From an uncultured Verrucomicrobiae bacterium (lineage in GTDB: Bacteria > Verrucomicrobiota > Verrucomicrobiia > Chthoniobacterales > UBA10450), in contig CAWFGO010000001.1 of the NCBI GenBank assembly GCA_963815455.1, forward strand, positions 224,001-288,000: a stretch of DNA of 64,000 bases. The letters are read 5' to 3'. Positions within the stretch are counted from its first letter, which is position 1. Every line of letters begins with the position of its first letter. The notes beneath the pieces are model-generated. The model had not been told where the DNA came from. It saw only the letters and a list, made by a program, of their open reading frames with translations, and searched no databases. Below are positions 9,019 to 19,332 of the stretch, piece after piece. The position numbers and the translations under genes were made by a program.

Positions 9019-10515
9019 CTAGGCGTTGCCAGCCGTCGTCAGTTCAAACAGTCCGCCCAGATTCTTCGCCGTCTCCATGCTCATGATGAACTTCTGCAAC
9101 TTCTTGCACTGATCTTTTCCGACCACGTCTCCACCGAGCGCGGTGAATTTGATCGCGATTTCATCTTCGGTCATTGGATCGCGCGGATCGCCTTTGGGAA
9201 CATCGACACGAGTCGCATGCTGCTTGCCGTCGTTGGTTGTGATCGTCACCCGGCTCGGCTGGAATTTCGGGAAGAGCGCTTCAAACTCTTCGTTCGCGAC
9301 GACTTTTACTTTGTCCATGATCGGAATGAGCGCCTTATCCAGCACGCGTTCCTCCTTGAATTGCAATGGCGTGACCATGCCGTCGACCAATCCGGCCGCC
9401 ATGCAGTAGGGCAGCGAATGATCGGCCGTTTCCTTGGAATCCGGTCGATACTTGTGCGGATCGCCCAGAATGTCGGCGGCGCGGGCGATCACTTCGACTT
9501 TGATCTCCTTCACATTGTCCGCCTTAATATTGTGCTCCTTGATCGTCTTCATCATGGCGGTAAGCGGCGCGTGACTGAGCGCTTCGATCGGAAAACTTTT
9601 CATGCCGCAATCGAGAATGCGGTAGTGAGACTTGGGTGAATTTGGGAGGTCTGCGACTAACGCTTCGCCATCGAACGTGGCCGGTTGGCCTTTGTATTGG
9701 ACATGCTTAAACACGGCAAAGAGTCCTTCCTTGCCATCGATGATGTGTTCCGGGCCGGAGAATCCATCGCGTGCGAGAAGCGCGCTTTCCGCGCCCATTC
9801 GTCCCGCCCACGGATCGACCGTGTTTTTCATATTCGTTAACTTGCCCGCGGTCACCGCCCCCGGACAAAATGTACGCGACGCGCTGATCCCCATGGCCGA
9901 GACCATTTGATCCACAGTCAGATTCAGGACCCGCCCCGCGGCGATCGGGGCCGCGAACGCGCTCAATGTCGCGTGATGCCATCCGTATTCCCGCACGCCC
10001 GGCCGCCCCACTTCGCAAAGGCGCATTTCGATTTCGTAGGCGATGATCGTAGCCAGAATCAGGTCCTGTCCGCTCAGCCCTTCGCTTTCACACAACGCGA
10101 GCGGGGCGGCGATCAGATCGCTTGGATGACACGGATCGGCTTTCCAGTAGATGTCGTTGTAATCCATCGCCCGGATCATGTGACCGTTTAGGAACGACGC
10201 ATCCACGGGATTGGTTTTGAACCCCGAAACAAAAGCTGTGGCTTTTCCCTTCCCTGTTGTAGCCGGCGTCGGTGATGCCGGGCCGGGGTCAGCGCCCCCG
10301 GCTACAGTCTCACCGGCCATGGCCCGATAATGTTTCAGCAAAATCCTGGCGTCATCCTGCTGGCTCCCGCCCAGTGCGCAGCCGATAGAATCGAACCAGA
10401 ACAGCTTCGCTGCCTGAATCGCCTCGGGCGAGAGATGTTCGTATTTAAGAGCGGTAGCCCACTCAGCTATGGTATAAGAAAGGAGACGCTTGGCTTCGGA
10501 CGATTGCTTTGACAT
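9019..10515 (-). CDS. prpD: MmgE/PrpD family dehydratase
   Basis: DSIGCALGG, IRAMDYNDIY...HPSD, MKSFPIEALSH, ETADHSLPY, PKGDPRDP. Substrate is uncertain. Confidence 0.85.
   Translation of the reverse strand: MSKQSSEAKRLLSYTIAEWATALKYEHLSPEAIQAAKLFWFDSIGCALGGSQQDDARILLKHYRAMAGETVAGGADPGPASPTPATTGKGKATAFVSGFKTNPVDASFLNGHMIRAMDYNDIYWKADPCHPSDLIAAPLALCESEGLSGQDLILATIIAYEIEMRLCEVGRPGVREYGWHHATLSAFAAPIAAGRVLNLTVDQMVSAMGISASRTFCPGAVTAGKLTNMKNTVDPWAGRMGAESALLARDGFSGPEHIIDGKEGLFAVFKHVQYKGQPATFDGEALVADLPNSPKSHYRILDCGMKSFPIEALSHAPLTAMMKTIKEHNIKADNVKEIKVEVIARAADILGDPHKYRPDSKETADHSLPYCMAAGLVDGMVTPLQFKEERVLDKALIPIMDKVKVVANEEFEALFPKFQPSRVTITTNDGKQHATRVDVPKGDPRDPMTEDEIAIKFTALGGDVVGKDQCKKLQKFIMSMETAKNLGGLFELTTAGNA
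10258..10306. repeat. GTAGCCGG...CCGGCTAC family element, in frame inside the PrpD-family gene
   Basis: tgtagccgg/ccggctaca terminal inverted repeat. Half copies are intergenic at 8706, 58756 and 59245. Confidence 0.8.
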
Positions 10516-10658
10516 GGTGATTCGATTTGGAACATGACCTTGAATGGGCCGGGCAGAATTTCAAGCCGCTTCCCTCAATGAGAAAGCGGACACCATGAAG
10601 CAGTTCCATTCGAGTTTGGCCGTTTGACAGAAAACCAGCTTTCTGGGAATCTGGCTTT

Positions 10659-10883
10659 ATGAAAACCACCCTGGACCTCCCCGACGATCTGATGCGCGAG
10701 GTGAAAATCCGCGCCGTGCACGAGCATAAAAAGCTCAAGGACACGATCGCGGAATTGATTCGCAAAGGGATGGCCGCGTCGAACTCCCGGCGCCCGAAAC
10801 TGCCGAAGCCGGTGAAACTGCGCGGCGGATTCAAGCCGACGACCGAAGACATTGAGGCAGCCATCGCGTGGGGTCGCGATTGA
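10659..10883 (+). CDS. Antitoxin (VapB-like, ribbon-helix-helix)
   Basis: MKTTLDLPDDLMREVKIRA N-terminus, 74 aa, directly upstream of a PIN gene; TTGACA at 10624-10629. Confidence 0.8.
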   Translation: MKTTLDLPDDLMREVKIRAVHEHKKLKDTIAELIRKGMAASNSRRPKLPKPVKLRGGFKPTTEDIEAAIAWGRD

Positions 10884-10896
10884 TTGCGATGCTCTA

Positions 10897-11304
10897 ATGG
10901 TCGTTGTCGATACAAACATCATTGCGCCGCTGTATGTGCGAAGCGCGCGCACTAACACGGTCGAGGAATTATTCGCGCGCGATGCGGTCTGGCGCACTGA
11001 ACCTCTGGCCCTGATCGAGCTAAGCAATGTGCTGATTACGTATGAGCGATCGCGATACATTACCGCCAAGGTCGCGCGCGATTGCCTCAATCGCGCCGCT
11101 GCGTTTCTACAGCCGCACTTCTTTCGAGTGAGCCACCAAGCCGCTCTCGAGGCCGCGCTCCGTCATCGCGTCACAGCCTACGATGCGCGCTTTCTCGCCC
11201 TGGCGGAGCAACTCGACAGCCGGCTTGTTACAGAAGACGCAAAGCTTCGCGCGGCCGCGCCGGCGCTTACCCAATCACTGGCCGAGGCGCTCGCCACTGA
11301 CTAG
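10897..11304 (+). CDS. vapC: VapC-family PIN domain toxin
   Basis: MVVVDTNII, ELSNVL, TAYDARFLALA, LVTEDAKL acidic PIN motifs. Confidence 0.85.
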   Translation: MVVVDTNIIAPLYVRSARTNTVEELFARDAVWRTEPLALIELSNVLITYERSRYITAKVARDCLNRAAAFLQPHFFRVSHQAALEAALRHRVTAYDARFLALAEQLDSRLVTEDAKLRAAAPALTQSLAEALATD

Positions 11305-11326
11305 GAATTCTGTCTTCATCGACACC

Positions 11327-13069
11327 ATGAATCCGCGCAACTTTTTCGGCGAGCTAAAGCGGCGCAACGTTTACAAGGTCGCCGTGGCTTACGCCGTGGT
11401 TTCGTGGCTGATCATTCAAGTCGCCACCCAGGTCTTTCCTTTCTTTGAGATTCCGAACTGGACCGTGCGCCTTGTGGTGATTCTCATGATCCTGGGCTTC
11501 CCGGTTGCGTTGGTCCTCGCCTGGGCGTTTGAACTCACTCCCGAGGGGCTGAAGCGCACGGAAGATGTCGATCCTGCGGCATCGGCGTATCAACCAAGAA
11601 AGCGAGCATGGATTTTTGTGGTCATCATCGCCGGCGCGATGTCGCTCGGTTTGTTTTTTCTCGGGCGCTACACGGCGCCGGGCAAGCAAAGCCGAGTCGT
11701 CCAGGGTTCTTCAGAATCGATCGCAGTGCTGCCTTTCGTCAACATGAGTTCGGACAAGGAGCAGGAATATTTCTCCGATGGTTTGTCCGAAGAATTGTTG
11801 AATCAGTTGGCGCAGATTCCGCAGTTGCGCGTGATCGCGCGCACTTCATCGTTTTCGTTTAAGGGCAAGGAGGTCGATGTCGCGACAATCGCCAAGATTC
11901 TCAACGTGGCCAATGTGCTCGAAGGCAGCGTACGCAAGTCGGCCAATACCTTGCGCATCACTGCGCAGCTCGTCCGCGCATCCGACAGCTCGCATCTCTG
12001 GTCGCAAACTTATGACCGCGACCTGACGGACGTGTTCAAGGTGCAGGATGAGATTTCCCGAGATGTCGTCGCCGCGCTGAAGGTGAAGCTGTTACCCACG
12101 CAGCAGCCTGCGAACCTGCAGCGCACGACTAGCAGTGAAGCCTATGAACAAGTCCTTATCGGGAAAGAGGCGCGGAAGCACGGCGGCTACGAAGCCTTTC
12201 AACGTGCTGTAACCGCTTTTCAACACGCGGTCGATCTCGATCCTAATTACGCCAATGCCTACGCCGGACTGGCCCAGGCCCAGGCGTTCTCAGCGGATTT
12301 CAGCGGCACGCCGGCGGAACGTGCGGCCGAAATTAAAAAAGCCTTCGCCAACGCGGACAAGGCAATCGAGTTGGCGCCCGATCTGGCGGCCGGCTATTGG
12401 GTACGCGGACTTCTCCGGCATCGCCTGAGTTGGGATTGGAAAGATGCGCAGGCGGATTTCAAACAGGCCGCCGCTCTCGCTCCGAACGACGTGGAGACCT
12501 TCAACTATGCGCAGGCCTTGTTCTTCAGCGGCCACCAGAGCGAAGCCTTTGCCATGGATCGGAAGGCGACCACGCTTGATCCTCTCTCTCCGGAAGCTTG
12601 GAATGTTCTCGGGTGGCATCATGCCTTCGCCGGGCAATACCCCGAGGCACGAGTAGCTTTAGAACGTGCCCTTGAACTGAGTCCAGACGTGCAATGGTCT
12701 GCTTTCTTGCTGGGTTATGTGGAACTAAAAGAAGGCAAGATCGACAAAGCCGCGGAATATTTTCGACGCGCGTCCGCCGCGTTCTCGCTGACAGGTCTGA
12801 CCATGTTGGAATATACAGTCGGCCATGAACACGAATCCCAACAACTACTGGCTGAGCTAAAGGAAAAATACGCGGTTGGCTTCGCCTACCAGATCGCGCA
12901 GGCCTCCGCCTGGCGCGGTGACAAGGATGGCGCTTTCGAATGGTTCGATCATGCCTACGATCAACACGACGCCGGCCTCTACCGGCTCCGTTACGATCCG
13001 ATGCTGGCCAGTTTGCACGACGATCCGCGCTGGGCCGGGCTGGTGAAGAAGATGGGCTTCTCGGAATGA
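11327..13069 (+). CDS. Membrane protein with TolB-like and TPR domains (array member A)
   Basis: ELKRRNVYKVAVAY TM N-domain; SIAVLPFVNMS..YFSDGLSEELL..ARTS..LEGSVRK; TPR helices; DPRW tail. Confidence 0.85.
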   Translation: MNPRNFFGELKRRNVYKVAVAYAVVSWLIIQVATQVFPFFEIPNWTVRLVVILMILGFPVALVLAWAFELTPEGLKRTEDVDPAASAYQPRKRAWIFVVIIAGAMSLGLFFLGRYTAPGKQSRVVQGSSESIAVLPFVNMSSDKEQEYFSDGLSEELLNQLAQIPQLRVIARTSSFSFKGKEVDVATIAKILNVANVLEGSVRKSANTLRITAQLVRASDSSHLWSQTYDRDLTDVFKVQDEISRDVVAALKVKLLPTQQPANLQRTTSSEAYEQVLIGKEARKHGGYEAFQRAVTAFQHAVDLDPNYANAYAGLAQAQAFSADFSGTPAERAAEIKKAFANADKAIELAPDLAAGYWVRGLLRHRLSWDWKDAQADFKQAAALAPNDVETFNYAQALFFSGHQSEAFAMDRKATTLDPLSPEAWNVLGWHHAFAGQYPEARVALERALELSPDVQWSAFLLGYVELKEGKIDKAAEYFRRASAAFSLTGLTMLEYTVGHEHESQQLLAELKEKYAVGFAYQIAQASAWRGDKDGAFEWFDHAYDQHDAGLYRLRYDPMLASLHDDPRWAGLVKKMGFSE

Positions 13070-13073
13070 AGAC

Positions 13074-14876
13074 ATGAACTTCTTCGAAGAACTCAAACGC
13101 CGCAAAGTATTCAAGGTCGGCGCGGCCTACCTGGTGGTGGCGTGGCTTGTCGTGCAGGCGGCTTCGATCGGATTTCCCGCCTTTGATTCACCGCCTTGGG
13201 TGCTGCGCGTCTTCATCCTGATCGCGCTGCTCGGGTTTCCGATCGCGGTGGTGATGGCGTGGGTGTTCGATATCACACCGGAGGGGGTAAAGCTCGATTC
13301 CAGCGCGTCGGGCAGCAAGCTTCTCTTCGCCGCGGCTGCGTTGCTGGTCGTTCTGGCACTCGGCTGGTATTTCTACGGCCAGCCATCGTTTCGCAAGGGC
13401 GATGTGGCTACACCGACAATTGCCGATCGGAATTCGATCGCCGTCCTGCCCTTCGCCAACACGAGCGGTAAGACGGAGGAGGATTATTTCTCGGATGGCA
13501 TGACTGAGGAGTTATTGAACGTGCTCGCCAGGGTGCCGCAACTCAAGGTGGTGGCACGCACCTCGGTCTTTCAATTTAAGGACAAGGGCGGCGACGTGCG
13601 CGAAATTGGTCGCAAGCTCGGCGTGACGAACATTGTTGAGGGTAGTGTTCGTCGCGATGGTCAAGAGGTACGGATCACCGCGCAGTTGGTGCGCGTCGCC
13701 GACGGCTTTCACATTTGGTCCGAAACCTACGATCGCAAACTGGAGAAGGTGTTCGCGTTGCAGGATGAAATCGCGCGACGCATTGGCAATGCGCTTAAGC
13801 TTTCGTTAGGCGTCTCGGCTCCCGTTGTTACGCGCGCGCCCATCGAACCGGAAGCCTACGATGAGTATCTCAAGGGTCGGGCGCTGCTGCGCCAACGCAT
13901 TGATCTGCCATCCGCGATCGCGCATTTGAAGACAGCCGTAGCGAAGGCCCCGGAGTTCGCCGCGGGTTGGTCGTCGCTGTCGCTCACCTATGAGGTAAGC
14001 TTCTGGTACACTGCGCACATGACGCCCGGTCTCGAAGCGGAATTTCTCGCTGGGGAAGCCGCGGCGGCCGAGCGCGCCGCCGCGATCGAGCCGGAGAGCG
14101 CAACCACCCAGCATGCCGTGGGCAACGTCGCGCGCGCGCAGTTCAAGTTTGCCCAGGCCGAAAGCCATTACCTGCGCGCCATGCAGATCGATCCGGGCTA
14201 CCCCGATGTGCGCGAAGATTATGCCGAACTTCTCTACGAAGTCGGCCGCGCGGAAGATTCCATGGTCGCGGCGCGCCAGCTGGTGAAGCTTGATCCTTAC
14301 TTCATTGTCGGCTGGGTCCGCCTGCGCGATGCCGCGGCCGCGGCGGACCGTCGTGAAGAGGTCGAGGAGGCGGTGCGCCAGATGCGCGCCATCAATCCAA
14401 AATACGCCGCGGGCCGGTTCGGACTTTTTCAGTATGCCGTCGCTTATGGCCGATTGGAAGACGCCCGCGCCGAGCTCGCTGACATTGATTCACACTGGCC
14501 TAACGAAACCGGTTTCGCGCAAACCTTGCTGGCCTGGGCCCGGGACGATCCGGGTATTGATCCAGCGAAGCTGCGCGCGGCGATCGCGGATGCGCCGGAG
14601 AACGAGGCGAGCTACTTCCTGATCGCGCGTCGCGACATTGACGGCTACAACGCCGATATCCAAAGCCATGGCGCCGTTCTCGAGGCCTACTACTTCGCCA
14701 ATCTTTACAGCAGCAAGCCCGCCGGACAGGCCATGCTGCGGGATCAACGTGTGAAAGCCACGCTGACGCGGTACTCTTTCCCGGTTTACTGGCGAGAGAA
14801 AGGCTGGCCGCCCGGGTGCCGGCCGCTCGGCGAAACCGATTTCGAATGCGGCTTGGATACGACGAGCGGCAAATGA
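13074..14876 (+). CDS. Membrane protein with TolB-like and TPR domains (array member B)
   Basis: ELKRRKVFKVGAAY; SIAVLPFAN; VEGSVRR; distinct tail WREKGWPPGCRPLGETDFEC. Confidence 0.85.
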   Translation: MNFFEELKRRKVFKVGAAYLVVAWLVVQAASIGFPAFDSPPWVLRVFILIALLGFPIAVVMAWVFDITPEGVKLDSSASGSKLLFAAAALLVVLALGWYFYGQPSFRKGDVATPTIADRNSIAVLPFANTSGKTEEDYFSDGMTEELLNVLARVPQLKVVARTSVFQFKDKGGDVREIGRKLGVTNIVEGSVRRDGQEVRITAQLVRVADGFHIWSETYDRKLEKVFALQDEIARRIGNALKLSLGVSAPVVTRAPIEPEAYDEYLKGRALLRQRIDLPSAIAHLKTAVAKAPEFAAGWSSLSLTYEVSFWYTAHMTPGLEAEFLAGEAAAAERAAAIEPESATTQHAVGNVARAQFKFAQAESHYLRAMQIDPGYPDVREDYAELLYEVGRAEDSMVAARQLVKLDPYFIVGWVRLRDAAAAADRREEVEEAVRQMRAINPKYAAGRFGLFQYAVAYGRLEDARAELADIDSHWPNETGFAQTLLAWARDDPGIDPAKLRAAIADAPENEASYFLIARRDIDGYNADIQSHGAVLEAYYFANLYSSKPAGQAMLRDQRVKATLTRYSFPVYWREKGWPPGCRPLGETDFECGLDTTSGK

Positions 14877-14877
14877 G

Positions 14878-16902
14878 ATGAGTTTTTTCGCTCAACTTAA
14901 ACAGCGCAAGCTGGTGCAATGGACCCTGGCTTATATCGCGGCGGCGTTCGCGCTTCTCCAGGGCATCGACATTGTCGCGCAGCGATTCGGCTGGCCCGAA
15001 CAAACGATGCGTCTCGTCATCATCGCGTTGAGTGTCGGCTTCTTCGTTACAATTGTCCTGGCGTGGTATCATGGAGAACGGGGCTCGCAGCGCGTGACCG
15101 GAACCGAACTCTTGATTCTGGCTCTCCTGCTGGCTATCGGCGGCGGCTTTCTCTGGCAGTTTGCCGGCACTTCGCACCAGCGGCTCGTTAGCCCCACTTC
15201 GACCGTGTCACCCGGGGGGCCCGCCGCGATCCCGCAGAAATCGATCGCGGTGTTGCCGTTCGAAAATCTAAGCGACGACAAGGGTGCCGCTTATTTCGCC
15301 GACGGCATTCAGGATGAAATCCTGACCAAGCTGGCCAGCATCGCCGATTTGAAAGTAATCTCGCGCACATCGACCGCGAAATACAAGAGCAAGCCGGAAG
15401 ATCTAAAGACAGTTTCGCAACAGCTTGGCGTCGCGACCGTTCTCGAAGGCAGTGTGCAAAAAGCGGCCGACAAGGTGCGCGTGAACGTGCAGCTTATCGA
15501 TGCCCGCGCCGATTCGCATCTTTGGGCCAAAACCTACGATCGCGACATCCGGGATGTCTTTGCCGTTGAAAGTGAAGTGGCGCAGGAGATCGCCGATTCA
15601 CTGAAAGCGAAATTGTCGCCCGCCGAGGCGAACACCGTGGCGAGCGCGCCGACGCAAGACACCGAGGCCTATGATCTCTTCCTCAAAGGCGAGTTCGAGC
15701 AGCGTGCCGCCAACAGCAATTTCCGGGCGGAATCATTCGACCAGGCAGTGCGCTGGTACAAGGACGCGATCGCGCGTGACCCGAACTTTGCCCTAGCGAT
15801 GGCGCAACTGGCGATCTGCCAGCTGCGTCGTCATTGGCTAACGGATCCATTAACCGAGGCGGAAGTGATGGACGCGGGCAAAATGGCAAAGCAGTCGCTG
15901 GCACTCGCTCCCGACCTTGCTGAATCGCATATCGCGGTCGGGCTGTTTCACTACTATGGGTTTCGCGAGTACGAGCCGGCTTTAACTGAATTTCAGCGCG
16001 CTCTTCAGCTCCAGCCTAACAACGCGCTGGCGCTCTCGTTTGTAGCTTTTGTGCATCGCCGGCAGGGTAAATGGCAGCTCACGCTGGACGAACTGAAGAA
16101 ATCATTCGAGCTCGACCCACGAAATCCCTACATCGTGGGAGGCCTGGCGGAGACCAATATCTTTCTGCGTCGTTGGAAAGAAGCCGAAGATTTTGCCCAG
16201 CGTGGGCTCACAATCGATCCACACGAATCCACCTGCATGCGCATGTTGCTGCTCAGTCATTTGAACGGCACCGGGAATGCGCCGGAAGCTTTGCGACTAC
16301 TCGCGACCTTCCCGCCGGACGACCTGTTGCTTCCTAATACCGGCATGTTTGCCATGGTCATCGGGACCCGGGGCGAAACGTTTGTTCTGGGCCGGGACTT
16401 CAAGGCGGCATTACAGTCATGCGAAATCGGGACAGCGGCTACGACCAACGAATGGCAACGGTTTGCCGCCAGAGCGGGGATCCGTATCCTGGCCGGCGAT
16501 GTTGCCGGGGCCCAGTCTGATGCCGAGAAAGCGCGCGAGTTACTAGAGGCGAGGCAGCACGATCATCCGCGCGACATTCGTTCGCTCAGAGCATTGAGCT
16601 GGGCTTACCTCGCCCTCAACCGCAAGACGGACGCGATCAACACCGCCCGACGAGCCGTCGAGTTAATACCGCTGGAGAAGGACGCGGTGCTCGGTTCCGG
16701 CAACCTGGCCGCCCTGGCTGAAATGCAGGCGCGAACCGGCGCAACTAAAGAAGCAGTGGAGAATCTGAAAAAACTTCTCTCCATCCCGGCGGGCGAGACC
16801 GTTTCCATCGCGCGCCTTAAGATCGATCCGGTCTGGGATCCGATTCGGAACGACCCCGGCTTTCAACAACTGCTCGCGATGAAGGAGCGCGTGGGACCCT
16901 AA
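14878..16902 (+). CDS. Membrane protein with TolB-like and TPR domains (array member C)
   Basis: LKQRKLVQWTLAY; SIAVLPFENLSDDKG; ISRTS; DPVWDPIRNDPGF. Confidence 0.85.
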   Translation: MSFFAQLKQRKLVQWTLAYIAAAFALLQGIDIVAQRFGWPEQTMRLVIIALSVGFFVTIVLAWYHGERGSQRVTGTELLILALLLAIGGGFLWQFAGTSHQRLVSPTSTVSPGGPAAIPQKSIAVLPFENLSDDKGAAYFADGIQDEILTKLASIADLKVISRTSTAKYKSKPEDLKTVSQQLGVATVLEGSVQKAADKVRVNVQLIDARADSHLWAKTYDRDIRDVFAVESEVAQEIADSLKAKLSPAEANTVASAPTQDTEAYDLFLKGEFEQRAANSNFRAESFDQAVRWYKDAIARDPNFALAMAQLAICQLRRHWLTDPLTEAEVMDAGKMAKQSLALAPDLAESHIAVGLFHYYGFREYEPALTEFQRALQLQPNNALALSFVAFVHRRQGKWQLTLDELKKSFELDPRNPYIVGGLAETNIFLRRWKEAEDFAQRGLTIDPHESTCMRMLLLSHLNGTGNAPEALRLLATFPPDDLLLPNTGMFAMVIGTRGETFVLGRDFKAALQSCEIGTAATTNEWQRFAARAGIRILAGDVAGAQSDAEKARELLEARQHDHPRDIRSLRALSWAYLALNRKTDAINTARRAVELIPLEKDAVLGSGNLAALAEMQARTGATKEAVENLKKLLSIPAGETVSIARLKIDPVWDPIRNDPGFQQLLAMKERVGP

Positions 16903-16905
16903 CAA

Positions 16906-19332
16906 GTGGCTACGTCATCCGAACAACCTTCCGATGTGAAGTTCGAGATCGGGCATGTCTTGTTCATCGACATTGTCGGTTACTCGAAGTTGCTGATCAA
17001 CGAACAGAGCGAGCAGATTCAAAAATTAAAACAGATCGTGCGCGGAACGGAGCAATTCCGCATCGCTGAAGCGGAAGGCAAACTGCTGCGGTTACCGACT
17101 GGCGACGGTGGCGCACTGGTTTTTCGAAACAGTCCGGAAGCGCCTGTTCTGTGCGCGCTTGAGATTAGCAAGGCGCTAAAAAATCATCCCGAACTTCACG
17201 TTCGCATGGGAATCCATAGCGGTCCGGTCAATGAAGTTGTCGATCTAAACGAACAAGCGAATATCGCCGGCGCTGGGATTAATATCGCGCAGCGTGTGAT
17301 GGATTGTGGCGATGCCGGCCACATTCTTCTTTCCGTCATGTCGCGGAAGATTTGGAACATTACCCGCGTTGGCGAATCTACCTGCATGAACTTAGGGGAA
17401 GTGCGAAGTAAAACATGGTGTCCAAATTACGCTGGTGAACTTCTGTTCGCAAGCGAAGTCGGCAACTCGGAGCTGCCGGCCAAGTTTCAGAACGCGAAAG
17501 ATGAAAAGTCGTGCGCTCGCGGCGCCGGAGAATCGCAGGAATCGTGCTTTTCATTTCTTGCTCGTATCCATATTGGCATTTGGTGCTGATGGCTGTTACT
17601 CCAGCGATTCGACAAGATGCGTCACTCAACGACCACGGGGGGAGTAGTCGGACATCTTTATCCCAGAAAAGAGTATAGCCGTTCTGCCATTCATAAACTT
17701 AAGTGAAGAGAAGGAGAACGCCTTCTTTGCGGATGGCATGCAGGACGAAGATGCTGACTGACTTGTCGCGTATTGCCGATCTCAAAGTGATCAGTCGTAC
17801 CAGCGTGATGCAATACAAGAATGCTGGCACGCGTAATCTGCGCGAGATCGCGAGGCCAACTCGGCGTAGTTTACTTCCTGGAAGGCAGTGTCCAGCGTGC
17901 CGCCGGAAAGGTAAGGGTGATCACGCAGCTAATCGATGCGCGAAGCGACAGCCATGTCTGGGCAAAGACGTTCGATAGCCCACTGGATGATATCTTTGCC
18001 GTGCAGAGCGAGATTGCTCAGACCATCGCACAACAGTTACACGCCCAAATTTCGCCGGAAGCCAAGGCCGCGATTGAAGAGAAACCGACAAAGGATCTGC
18101 TCGCGTATGATCTCTACCTGCAGGCCACTCAGCTTTGGCATAACATCGCCACCTCGAAAGACTGGGAAGGAGATAATCGCAAAGCAATCGAACTACTCGA
18201 ACGCGCGGTCCAGCGGGATCCCCAGTTTGCCATTGCTTACAGCTTACTCTCCCAACTGCACCGGAACCTTTACACGTGGAGCGACTTCAGTACCGCCAGA
18301 CTGGCTCAGGTGAAAGCGGCCCTCGACGCGGCGATACGTCTCGCGCCGGAAAAGGCCGAAACTTATATAGCCCGCGCCGGCTACGAAGGAGCTATTGACC
18401 ACGACTACGATGCCCAACTCAAGGATTTGACCCACGCCGCCGAGCTGCTTCCGGGCGATTCGGAGGTTCTGATCGATCTCGCTTCCGCCCAGCGACGCCA
18501 TGCCAGATGGGATGAGGCTGTGCGGACCATGGAAAAGGCGCGAGAGCTGGATCCCAGAGGACCAAATGTCCCAAACCATCTCACCACGCTTTATATGGAA
18601 TTGCGCAACTACCCCAAGTGTGACGAGGTCGCAGACGACGCGATCAAGGCCTTCCCAGATGCGCCGGGATATTTCCAAGCCGCGAAAGTGGAAAGCGCCC
18701 TGGCGCGCGGCGATACCAAACTGGCCCGGCAAAGACTGGCAGCCATTCCAAAAGAATGGGACCCAAGCGCCTATCGCTCGTTAATGGCCATAAACCTGGC
18801 TATGGCTGACCGAAACTATGAGGAAGCAAAGCAGCTTCTCGCGGGTCTGGATCGGAAGAAAGTAATCGCCGCTCTCGAGGTAAATCTTGCCGTTTGGGAG
18901 GCGCTGCTCGCGCGCGACCAGGGCGATCCCGCCAAGTCTAAGTCCATCCTTCAGCCATTGCGGGATGCCAGAGCGAAAATGGTGGAGGAGGCTCCGAACG
19001 ACACCGGATATTACGAAGAACTGAGTTTGCTCGACGCCTACCTCGGGCGTAAAGACGAGGCTCTGCGCGAAGCCGAGAAGGCGGTCCAGTTACGACCGAT
19101 TACCCGGGACGCGACTGGTGGTGCGGAAGTCCTTGGCAATCTTGCCCATATTTGTGCATTAACCGGTGATCATGACCGCGCAATTCAATTGCTCGAGCAG
19201 GTAGCGACAATTCCATACGGTCCTTCCTACGGAAACCTCCTCATGCCGGGCTGGGATGACCTGCGCGGCGATCCGCGCTTCGAGAAGATCGTCGCCTCGT
19301 TAGCGCCGAAGAAAGTCACTTCGAACAAATGA
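16906..19332 (+). pseudogene. Adenylate/guanylate cyclase + TolB-like + TPR protein (array member D), several frameshifts at ~17330-17860
   Basis: Class III cyclase motifs LFIDIVGYS, TGDG, RMGIHSGPV, GAGINIAQRVMD. Fragments HVAEDLEHYPRW, EVKHGV, SIAVLPF and LKVISRTS alternate between frames; the TPR part after ~17860 is intact. Could be sequencing error. Confidence 0.7.
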
